64,000 nucleotides of DNA from Basidiobolus meristosporus CBS 931.73 (taxonomy: Eukaryota; Fungi; Basidiobolomycota), in contig MCFE01000208.1 in the NCBI GenBank assembly GCA_002104905.1, positions 62,001 to 126,000 on the forward strand. The letters run 5' to 3'. Shown here piece after piece: positions 24,501-35,909 of the stretch; position 1 is the stretch's first letter; each line of letters begins with the position of its first letter. The notes under the pieces were generated by a model. That model was not told the origin of the DNA and did not search any database. It saw only the letters and a program-made list of their open reading frames with translations. Made by a program: the position numbers and the translations under genes.

Positions 24501-26149
24501 CTAGACCAATTGCTAAAGGCTATTCCCATATTCAGGGACCAGACTTGAAGGAAACTTTTGCTCTGCTAGCTAACTTTAACTCCATTTCAAGAGTTATAGT
24601 CTTGGCAGCTGTACACAGTTTAGGTCTACGCCAAATGAATGTCAAAACAGCCATTCTAAATGGGGGTTTGCAAGAAACTATCTATATAGAGCAACCAGAA
24701 GGTTTTGCCAATCCAATAGACCCCCATATGGTTTGCAGACTTAGGAAAATGACATATGGGCTTAAGCAGTCACCTAGAGCATGGCATCACAAGATTGACA
24801 TATATATAGTGGAGATTGGGTTCATTCATAGCAATGTAAATCATAGTGCATATGTGAAACAGCTCATAAAAGGTGTGATCATCCTAGTGCTTTGTGTAGA
24901 CAATCAAATATTAGATACAAGTGACCAAGAGGCACTTAAACAATTGTCTTCAGATCTCTTCAGCAAGTTTGAGACAAAATATTGTGGAAAATTGAGCTAT
25001 TTTCTTGGAACTGAAGTGAAATTTGACATTTCTACACAGAAATATATGCTGAATCTGTTCAAGTACATCAGGGAAACTCTGAAATGTTTTAAAATGAGAA
25101 ATTGCAAGGCTGCAGCCACCCCTATGGAAAATAATCCAGAACTGAGCAAATCCCAGCCAGTTAAAGGTTAAATAGCTTAAATTTGGACCAAACTAACCTA
25201 TCAGTCAGTGGTCAGTAGTGTAATGTACATGATGGTTTCTACACCTGCAGATATGACAGTTTCAGTTGGAATAGTGAGTCAATTTATGCAGAATTATGGA
25301 TCAGATCAAATTACAGCAGATAAGTGGACTCTCAGATATCTACAAGGTACCATAAATATGGTGCTGGAATACTCTGGAGCAACTAATAGGCAAATTTTTG
25401 ATGGTAATAGTGATTCAGATTGGGGTAGAGATCCAATTGACAGATACTCTACCACCGGAATGTATTTTGTTACGCTGGTGCAGCTATTACTTGGAATTCA
25501 AGAAATAACCAATTGTGGCCCTATCTACAACTCAATATGTGGCTGCTTTCCAAGCAATCAAGGAGGTTTTATGGCTACTGAAATAGTTCAAACACTTAAG
25601 CTTTAATCCAGATGAACTAACATGTATTTATCAAGATAATCAAAGTGGTATTTCATTAGCTAGAAATGCTACTAATCATGCCAGAGCTAAGCACATACAT
25701 ATACAACTGCACTTTGGGAGGGAAGCTGTAGAAGATTACTTAGGGGAGTTAGTTTACTGTCCAACTGACAAAATGGTGGAAGATACGTTGACAAAACCAC
25801 TTGCTGGACCATAATTTGAGAATCTCAAAGAGGAATCAAGATCAAGAAATCATTCATTTGAGAGGGAGTGTTAAAATTTCTAACAGTTTGGTATCATTTA
25901 GCCGCTAAAAATTTACTTCACAGTTCTAGACTAGTCTTGTCACTGTAGCACTAGTTTGCAGCCACAACTTTGCCAGTTTCTTCACATCTATGCTCCTATG
26001 ATTATTCTCCTATAGTCAAGATCAAGTTATCACTTTCATCAAGCATTATGTACTAACCCTGAAACTGTTATAGAATGCTTGTGAATGTTGAGAAACCCTT
26101 CTTACTTTTGAAAGCTCCTTATATCCAAATTACTTGTTGAATTGCAACA
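21574..26149 (+). mobile_element. Copia-B copy 2 (LTRs 21574-21940 and 25869-26149, the latter internally deleted), degenerate
   Basis: 5-bp TSD TTTGC (21569-21573 / 26150-26154); PBS GGTTATGTGCCCC at 21941; PPT GAGAGGGAG before 25869; CHYCTKPGHWARGC, WYIDSGASQH, WHRRLGH, VHSDICGP, RT and RNase H remnants. Confidence 0.92.
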
Positions 26150-26821
26150 TTTGCTTTGATCTGTGATTGGTACTCCTTATGCATGGCTTGTTGCATGTAG
26201 TAGCATCTGCACTTTGCATTGCCTGTTCCAGATTTTGAGGTTTGGCACATAAGGCAGGATAAGATTTTTCATGATGATTGGATGTCTGCCACCTGGATCC
26301 AAGGGCATTTCTTATACTGGTAGATCTCCTGACTGGCATAATTGGCTCTGATCTAGAACTGGTCAAGTTATCATCTGTTTCTGGCTTAATTGGGCACAGA
26401 TCTTTTTCATTGGCGTTGATTGCATCATCAGGCAGCTGGTCGATGATATTTGAGGCTTTTTGGTCTGAATTCTCCTCAAATACTACCTCCCTGCTGTGAT
26501 CAGATTCTGAATTCCACCATCTAACACTCTATTCCCATTAGTATCATCACAATACCCAACAAAGAATTTTTTTATACTCATTGGTTCAAGCATTGAATGT
26601 TTCTAGTCAGGAATGCAATAAAGGACACCACTGCCAAAAATCCTGTAGTACTGGAGATCTGGTTCATTGCAATAAATGCTTCAAAGGGTAAAGAATCATG
26701 TATTACTGTTGTTGGTCATCTATTCTTGCTGTATACTGTGGTAGCAGCAGATTCAGCCCAAAGCTTGTGGTCCATTCCCTTATCGTGTAGCATAGATCTT
26801 CCCATCTCTACTATAGCTTAT

Positions 26822-29800
26822 TATTATGATCTGCCGCTTGAATGTTTAAGTTAGAGAAGTTTTTAGTTGAATCAATGAGTTATATGTTTAGCTTATCAGT
26901 ATATCAGTATTGTGTATCAAATTAGTAGTATTAGTTAGCAAATGAATCAGCAGATCTTTATCCAACAGAAATAGGTAAAATAAGTTGGATCTTATTGGGT
27001 GATGATGATGCAATCAAATGAGTCATCAGCCACAGCCTACATTTGAAAATACATTAGTCAGCAATTAATCTGGCAAATTATGTATAAGGAGCTGCAGGAA
27101 CCTCAATAGATATCAGTTCAAGTTTTAGTGAATACAATACTAGCTAAAGTCCCTATTCCTCTACAACTCTTACACCAAGACTTATAACAGTGGTAGCAGC
27201 AATAACCTGAAACATCATTCTTGAAGAAAGAAGTAGCCTCCCTCAAGATGTTGAAAAATCAAGAATGGAAGAACTCTATGCAACAAATCCTGGCCCAGCA
27301 GCAACAGTTACCTCAAATTCTTAGCCTGCAGCAACAAGGAATGACTACTGTGGCCTAAAGCCAGTAAAACCCTGTCAAGAGCAACTTTAGTGTTAGGGTC
27401 AACTGGTACTATGGTAGAGTCAATGAAAAACTGGGAACTTGGCTCTTCCAGATTGAAGAAGCTTTCAAGCCTATGGGAATTGCCCCAGAAAAAAAGTTAC
27501 ATTATGCAGCCACTTACCTGGCAAATGCAGCTTTACAGTGGTACCCCAAGAAGATCAGGTCAGACATCATAATGGGATTCACTACAATCTCTACCTGGGA
27601 TGAGTTTGTGTAGAAAAATCAGGATGCCTTTGAGCCCCCACATCAACAGACACTACTAAGAAGAAGGTTGAAGACACTCAGGCAGAAAGGAATGGTCCAA
27701 ATGTACACCTAAAAACATAGATGTCTACTTGGGCAAATTGAAAGAATGTACCCTCTGGATCAAGTTGAATACTTTATTGATGGGTTGAAAGAAAGTACTT
27801 GTAAGGAAGTGAATTAACAAAGACCTCAGACTATTGAAGATGCCATCAAGATTTCCATTGACTATGACTCAGCTATGTTTGGAGTTAGGAAGCCCACAAT
27901 GAGTAATCAGAGAGGCTACAATACCTATCAAAGAAGACAATCAGGAGCAGTGCCAATAAAAAAAATGTTATGCAGAAGAATTCTACCTCAGAAGAATGTA
28001 ATAAGAAAGGACTTTGCTTCAATTGCCACCAGCAGGGACATATTGCAAAGTACTGCCCTCAGAGACAAAATGGACACCAACCATCAGAACCTTTGACCAT
28101 ATTGAGGCCATGGAGCATAGTCACATGGAGGATAAACTTGAGGAAGACTCAGAATTCACCTTCCATATGACAGAAAAATACCTATCCCAGATGATCTCAT
28201 ACTCAGGAAAGCTACTACACTTGAATGGAGTAATCAATAGAGGACCTGCCAAGATCAAGATTGACTCAGGAGCATTGCATGAGTACATGTCAGAGCCATT
28301 TGATTTGAAAGCTGGAATCAGCTTGGAACCCACCAAATCAACTTCAGTCTTAACAGCTGATAGGAACTCTCTCATAATCAACCATATTACGCAGCCAAAA
28401 AGGATGAAGATCAATGACTATGAAGAAGAGCTACAGGCCTATATATTTGGGAACTGCAAGTTTGACCTTGTACTTGTGAAAACCTGGGTATTTTGTTGTA
28501 ATCCATCAATCAACTGGGAACCCATGCTACTCAGATCCTGAAGGACAACAAGACCTATGAGCTATTACCTGCCAGACTGGATCTTAACTTGGTCAATTCT
28601 AGTGTGTGTGAAACAAGTGAGCTTAGTAAGACACAGTTCTGTAGAGGACTATGAAAAGGCACCCAGATGTTCCTCATGGCAGTATTACAGGAGGATTTCT
28701 CCACTCCAGTACCCCAGAAGGTCCAGAATCTTCTAAAGGAGTATTTGAACGTATTTCCAGAAGAGCTTGTAAGCCTATCACCAGTCAGAGACATGAATCA
28801 TGCCATTGAAGCAGGAGATAGCCCTCCGGTGAGTAAGTCACCTTACAGAATAAGTCCATTGGAACTTGAAGAGATGAAGAGACAAGTAAATCAGTAATGG
28901 AGCAAGTATATATCAGACCCAGCAAGTCACCCTGGGGAGCACCAGTGCTTTTTGTGACAAAGAAAGAAGAAACACTTAGAATGTGCATCAACTACAGAGC
29001 CCTCAGCTCAGTTACTGTGAAGAATACGTACCCCATACCTTGGATTGATGAGCTTTTGGACCAACTCTGTGGAGCCACTATTTTCAGCAAGATTGACCTT
29101 TTTTCAGGATACAACCAGATTAGGGTGAAGCCAGAAGACATCCCTAAGACAGCATTCAGGACTAGATATGGACATTACAAGTACTTAGTCATGAGTTTTG
29201 GCCTCACCAATGCCCCTGCAACATTAATGACCCTGATGCAGACTGTCTTCCAGGAGTACTTAGACAAGTTTGTCATAATCTACCTAGATGATATATTGCT
29301 ATACAGCAAGACAGAAGAGGATTACATGGTGCACATTGAACAGGTCTTGAAGAGGCTTAGAGGGCAGGCTTTTTGGTAAGCTACCCAAGTGTGTTCTTCA
29401 AGGAAGATGATGAACATCTGGGACACATAGTGACTAGCACATGAGTAACCTTAAACCCTAAGAAGGTTAAAGTTATCAAGAATCTGAAGCAGTTTCATAG
29501 CATATCAGAGCTCATATCATTCCTTGGAATGGTTTCCAATCATTGGGGATTTCTCAAGTCCTTTGCAAATATTGCAGCCCCTTTAAGTGATGTCCTCAAG
29601 AAAGACAATACCTACACGTGGGACATAGCTTGTGAGGTTGCCTTCCAGACACTCAAGAATGAACTTGCTAAGCTACTAAGCTTAAGAATACCTGACTTCA
29701 TAAAAGAGTTTACTCTTTGTACAGATGCTTCAGATTATGCAATTGGTGGAGTGTTGAGCCAAGAACACAAGGGAAAGGACTACCTTGTTGCCTTTGAATC

Positions 29801-31735
29801 CATGAAGCTGAACTCAGCAGAACAAAACTATCCAGTGCATGGGAAGGAGATGCTTGCTATAATGCACTGTTTGAAGACATGGAAATGCTAAATTGAAGGA
29901 GTCAAATGCACTGTGAAGACTGATCATGCCTCCCTCAAGTATATATTTACTCAGAAGGTGCTCTCTGGAAGAATGATAAGATGGAGTGAGTACATTCAGC
30001 AATTTGATATGGAGATTATCTACTGCCCTGGGAAAAAAACATGTTACTGATGCCCTATCAAGATTAGACCATGTTGCACAACTCAACTTGGTGCATGAAT
30101 CAGATTGGCCTAGCTCATTACCAAAGTACTTGGGGGACCAAGACATTCCTTATGAGGTGGACGAGGAGATCCTGGATGAAGCCAACAAACTTGTAGTACA
30201 GGATGAAACACTCTACCATATTGTTGATGGAAGCCCTATTGCCTATTGCCCTTAAGTTGCTTGCCTGGATTTGATACATACGCTACACAATGATTATGGA
30301 CAACTTGGAATTGAAGGAACCTAAAGCCTTGTAAAGGCCAGAGCATGGTGACCCAGAATGAATAAATACATATAGAAGCTAGTGAAAACATGCCCAACTT
30401 GCCAAATCAACCAAGGCCAACCACAGAGAATTGCTGAAGAACTTTCCCTTGGAGCCTGTAAGACCATTCAAAAGATGGGGAACTTTATTGGAAGACTGGC
30501 AACTACCAGGAAATGCAACCATTGGATTCTAGTAGCAATTGACCATGCCACTAAATGGCCAGTGGCTAAAGCTGTACCTATAGCCAGTGAACAAGAAGTT
30601 GCCAGTTTCATCTACCATGGTAACCATATGAAGTTTGGATGCCCTGTAGAGATCCTATCCAATAGAGGTGCAAAATTTATGGCAAAGACATTAGAAGCTT
30701 ACCTGGAAATGCAGCAGATCAAACACTTGAAAACCTGTGCATATCACCCCAGAGCTAATGGATTCACTGAACGGTTTAATAGATTATTTGAAAAAATGCT
30801 GACCAAGTATGCAAAGGGGGTTGTCAGTAAATGGGATGAGTATAAAGACCATGTACTCTTTGCCTGCAGAGTCAGAGTACAAAACACCACCCAACAATTG
30901 CCATTTTACTTAGTGTATGAATGTGAACCAAGGCTTCCAGGAGATCTCACACAACCAAAGCTTATAGATGCTGTAGAAGATGAGCTCAGTTAGCCAAGTA
31001 GACACCAGCAACTGCAACAAAGGCATCAAGAGGCACAGGCCAAAGTATCTCAAAGTGCAGAAAAGATGAAGCAGTGATTTGATGAGACTATAGCACCAGA
31101 AGCATTGACAGTTGGGAACTTTGTATTGCCAAGAAACAACACTCAGAAGAAGTTTGAGCCACAATGGACAGGACCATTCAGGATCATCAGAGAATGTTCA
31201 CTTGCAACTTACCAACTAGTGGACAGATAAGGCAATAGCCAGGAAGACTTAGTGCATAGGGACAGACTCAGGCTTGCAAGACTTGCTGATAATACTAAAC
31301 CATCAAGATATTGGTATCACAAGAAAAGAGACTCAGGAGAACCCTCTCAGCTTTAGTAGGGGAGAATGCTCTGATCTGCCACTTGAATATTCAAGTTAGA
31401 GCAGTTTTTAGTCAAATCAATTATCTATATGTTTAGTGTATCAGTATATCAGTATTTTCTATCAAATCAGTAGTATTAGTTAGCAAATGATTCAGCAGAT
31501 CCTTATCCAACAGAAATAGGTATATTATGTAGGATCTTATTGGGTGATGATGATGCAATTAAATGAGTCATCAGCCACAGCCTGCATTAGAAAATACAAT
31601 TAGTCAGCAATTGATCTGGCAAAGTGTATATAAGGAGCTGCTGGAACCTCTCTGAATATCAGTTCATGTTTTAGTGAATATAATGCTAGCTAAACTCCCT
31701 ATTCCTCTACAACTCTTATACCAAGGCTTGTAACA
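26822..31735 (+). mobile_element. Ty3/gypsy element G2 (LTRs 26822-27189 and 31367-31735), sister of G1
   Basis: 4-bp TSD TTAT (26818-26821 / 31736-31739); PBS TGGTAGCAGC 27191-27200; same domain order as G1. Confidence 0.92.
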
Positions 31736-33429
31736 TTATTTGAACATTCTGCTACTCCATTTAGCTGTGGAGTATGTGGAACAGTGGTCTGTAGCAGTAT
31801 ACCAGTAGATGAGCAGTATTTCAATCCATTGTCACCTCATAGTACCCTCAACATACACCCAGTTTGTGTTTCGGACATGTTCTTGAACTCTTTAAGCTTC
31901 TCTAAAGCCTCATCCTTTGTTTTGAGGAAGTATACCAATGTATGTGTTGTCCTGTCATTAATGAGCATCATAGAGTATCTCTTGGCTCTAAAGGACATTG
32001 TTCTGATGGGCCCTCAAATGTCTCAGTGTACAATAGCCAATCTTTTGGTGGTGTTGATACCTCCTGAGGTCCTGAAATATTGCCTAGCTTGCTTGCCATA
32101 TGAACATCCCTTACAGACACTCATTTTGATTGCAATTGAGTACTAGAGGCCTAAAACAAGCTCATTTTTACCAATTGGCTCAATTTCTGTTCCCAATGTG
32201 ACCTAGCCTTCAGTGCCATGTCTTGCAGTTAGTTTCATCAGTTTCAGCAATGTTGGCATGCTCAGGTAAAATGATCTTGCAATGTAACTTATATATATTG
32301 TGATCTCTGATTCCCAAAGCTAAATTTTGTCCATTTTCACTCAATATTGAGCAGTTTAGCTTAGTTAAAGCAAGTTTCAGTCCCTGAGCAGTCGCTTTAC
32401 TGACTGAGAGTAGGTTCTTGGCTATTTCAGGTACATAGAGTATGTCAGTTAGTTTTGCTGTTGTAGCCCCTGAGATATCACTCATATTTAGCAGTATAAG
32501 CCCACTGGTAGTAGCTTCCAGTGCGCAGTTATCTCCCAGATAAACCTTTTTTGTGGGAATAGTCTTTGAGTTGCGGAACTACTTCTTTATACCATAAATA
32601 TGCTGAGATGCTCCAGAGTCCATGTACCACTCATTAGTTTGGTTACTTGCACTCTCTTGTACAGTTACAAAAAACTGTTCATTAGTAGTATGTGGTTTGT
32701 CAGCTCCAGTTTCTGTTTGCCATCTGCTTGTTTCTTCTTGCATTCTCTTGCCCAGTGTCCTGGCTTCTTACAGTAATTACAGCAACAAGGTTTTCTATGG
32801 TGTTGTTGCTTTCCCTTCTTTTCTGTGTGCCTTTCTGAGATGAACTAATCATTGTCTTCAATTTTCTCTGCTTGATTATAATGTCTGAGTTCTTCATGGA
32901 GAAGTCTTGCTTTAACATGGTCTAAAGTCAAGCTGTCTTCTCTGCTCTCAAAAGAAAGTATGAGTTGCTCATACTTATCTGGTAAGCTGCAAAGCAGACA
33001 GTGTATCTTTTCTTCATCTACACCAGCATTAATACTATAGAGTTCTTCTGGAAGTGTCTCCATTCCGGTAATGAGTTGTAACATGTCATTATCTGGCTAC
33101 TCCCTCATGTTGAAGAACTTTTGTCTTAAATAAAGCTTGCTTGATACTGACGTTGCTCTAAAGATTTTCTCTAAGGATTCCCATGCTGCTTTGGCAGTAT
33201 TTGAAGTATGGATTTGTCCAATGAAGGAATCTTGCGCATTGATACATATGGCATTAAATGTGTTTCTCTCCCTCTCTTGAAACTTCTCCACTGCTTCTGC
33301 TGCTCTTTTGAACTCAACTTCTTTTCCTATTACTACATTCCAAAGCTTTCTTTCCTCAAGGTGGAGCTGCATCTTGATTCTCCAAAGTCTGTAGTTCTTC
33401 CCATCAAACCTCTCCTTTGTTGTAACCAG

Positions 33430-35250
33430 CAGATGCATGTGAGAAGATATATAACAAGACAAGAATTAAAATCAAGAATGAGCTTAGAGTAAAGGGATCT
33501 GATGAGGAAGCTATGTGCAAGAGCAATATACACTGAACTCATCAAGGCAACAGTTCCAAAGTATCACACAAAGGGTAAGTAAATATATTTAGGAATCAGA
33601 TGGTGAACCTCAAGATGATGAATATAGATTGCAAGCAAATGCGTCCAGATTGTGCCGGCACACCTTGCTGAGCTCCCTACCATCCCATGCAATGCCAGCA
33701 TGCCAGCACATATCAGTTCAATCTATGCCACCACCCTTCACAAGAGCACCCCACATTGATTCAATGTGCATCAAATCAGCACTTGTGCTTCAGAGCAAAA
33801 CTACCAGAACTTACCAAACTGCTCATTTTGACAGGAGTCCATTGACACAGGCCAAGTTGCATCAACATGTAACATTACATTGCACTAAGCCAAGGGCTAT
33901 GCCAATGCATCAAGTTGCACCTGCACATGCTGTTACACCTGACCACCAGCATGTTACTTTGGGTGAACTGACTGACAATGACCCATATTAAGTGCCTCCA
34001 CCACCAGAGCCTTTGGTAAGTTAAAGAACACATAAGCACATTGTGGTGGTGTATAGGTCCAAGGGAGAGATATATCCAGCACTTCTCAAGTGTTTTGCAT
34101 GTGGGGTGTTCACTGGGTGCAATAACCTCTGGCAAAAGCTTGCTAGGAATACTTTGGTTCTGTCTCTAATCTGATATGATGGGGAATAAAGCCACAAGCT
34201 TGTCAAGGGAAAACTATTAAGCTACAATCTCCAACTTAGTTGGCATCTTAACAAAAGTATGTGTTGAGCTCAGCATCCTTTGAGATGACAATGTACTAAA
34301 GCTTCCAAAGTCAAAACAACTGTAAACTGCACCAGCAGGGACTTGATGAGAATGTTGCTGTGGTTAATAGTTACAAAGACAGAAAAGTATCTTTGCCTGT
34401 ACAAGAACAAACTTGGGAAAGAATCAAATATAATAAAAGATATCTACTCTGAGTATTCCTCACAAGTAGTGCCTCCAAGGTCAGTTGGCTGACAGCATGG
34501 TTTCCTGGGAGTGTCCTGTGGTCCAGGGTTGGAAGTTCAGGTAGCAGCAGGTAGCAGTGCTCACACTAATCAACAAGTTGGTATATTGATAAAAAGGATG
34601 ATGATTTATTGTTGAGGGATAGCCTCCCTTATATACTTTTCTTACTGGCTAAGTGATTACTAATCATGGTGTTCCAGAAGGTTCCAGATAACAATAGATA
34701 TCTTAATGACATCAGAATGACCTAATAATGTTCCAAGTAGGTGCTGGAAGGTTCCAAGAGGCACAGCACATCCAACCAATCAGGAATCAGTACTATGAGA
34801 CCTGTGTAACATAGGGATACCATATATGGTATGAAGTAGTAGGGATGGTGACATGGGTTGATCATGTGTCACAGGTACTGGTGCAGGTACTTGCCTAATA
34901 TAGAAGCACTTATAGCTAGTAATCTTACATAAAGTGAGGGAAAACTTATGCAATATGGTAAGCAGCTATGATAGTCAATTGGCTTATGGGATAGTACTGA
35001 TCAGGTAAGACAAATGGGATAAAACTAAAATAAATGTAGTAGAGATATAGGGAAGTAGAAAATATGGTAATGAGCACATCTGTCAGTGGGTGTCACTGTC
35101 ACCCCACTACAATGTGGCTCTACAGGCTGGTTCCATTATATCTTCCGGAGCAATTCAGTGTGGCCAAGTTCCAGCACCACACTCATCAGCTACTGTCCTA
35201 GTATTTTGTAACCAATTTGTAACTTACACATCCTGCTGAAAATAATTAGA
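33430..35250 (+). pseudogene. ORF X fragment (Harbinger-associated), split by the LTR at 34042-35111
   Basis: Collinear with the reverse complement of ~11800-12640 and with 53820-54350. Confidence 0.55.
34042..35111. repeat. Complete solo LTR (~1070 bp), TGTGGTGG...CCACTACA
   Basis: Inverted termini; flanks ACAT / ATGT read as a deaminated ACGT 4-bp TSD; host ORF X rejoins across it. Confidence 0.8.
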
Positions 35251-35399
35251 TTGTTTGATACTAGTTTTTTGTAAACATTTGACAAGTTAACATTTATTTC
35301 AACGTTACAAGACTTTTTAATTGATCATTATTATTATGCAGTCCCACACCTATTGGGAAGCAATAAAGTACCGCAGTCAGCATCATTCAAGCACAAAAG

Positions 35400-35900
35400 T
35401 TCCAATTTATATATAAAACCATTGATGGCACACATTACAAACAAGTAAGAAGTAAGAGCTACTTTGAAGGTATGTAGAACTATCCCTTCACCATGGAACT
35501 TGACAGATTCTCATTGAACAAGTACTCTACCAGCAAATTGTAATGGCCACTGATTCTCATCAACCTTAATCTGCTGCCTATTCTATGGTATCAGGGCAGA
35601 AATCTGATAGTAGCCTCACCTGTATTGGGGCTTAGATCATTGTCCAACCTGGACAGCTACCTGTATCCATTGCCTCATGAGTTTTATAGGCTTTCCAGTA
35701 GGACACTATTAAATGACTGTCATTTCAAAGCATACATTATTATCTGCATTGGAGATACCCCAGCCATCAGCAAGATGGCTGGCTTTTCTAAGCACTATGG
35801 ATGGCATTGCTGTTGAATATGTGATATCCTGGGGATTTACTCCATAAGTCACCCACATTACTATTATTTCAATACCAATACTGAGAAGATCATCTTCTTG
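35400..35900 (+). pseudogene. Tnp2-type transposase fragment
   Basis: LILINLNLLP, NLDSYLYPLPHEF, ICIGDTPAISKMAGFSKHYGWHCC. Confidence 0.75.
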
Positions 35901-35909
35901 CCACTGTCA

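Larger units (their letters stand above)
15850..33425 (-). mobile_element. Copia-B copy 1 (gag-IN-RT-RNase H remnant, both ends truncated), host of three nested insertions
   Basis: Gag 33097-33425, pre-integrase and integrase 31740-32500 and 26150-26821, RT/RNase H 21420-21573 and 15850-16532; coding sequence rejoins across each insert (e.g. GLDFKEIFALVAK, EYQSxIKAKTWELV). Confidence 0.85.

Noticed and set aside
17500-31100. Shared stops in G1/G2 as evidence of an alternative genetic code or readthrough
   Set aside because: All three stop types are involved, they replace different amino acids, and the ABCC and GH46 genes read normally.
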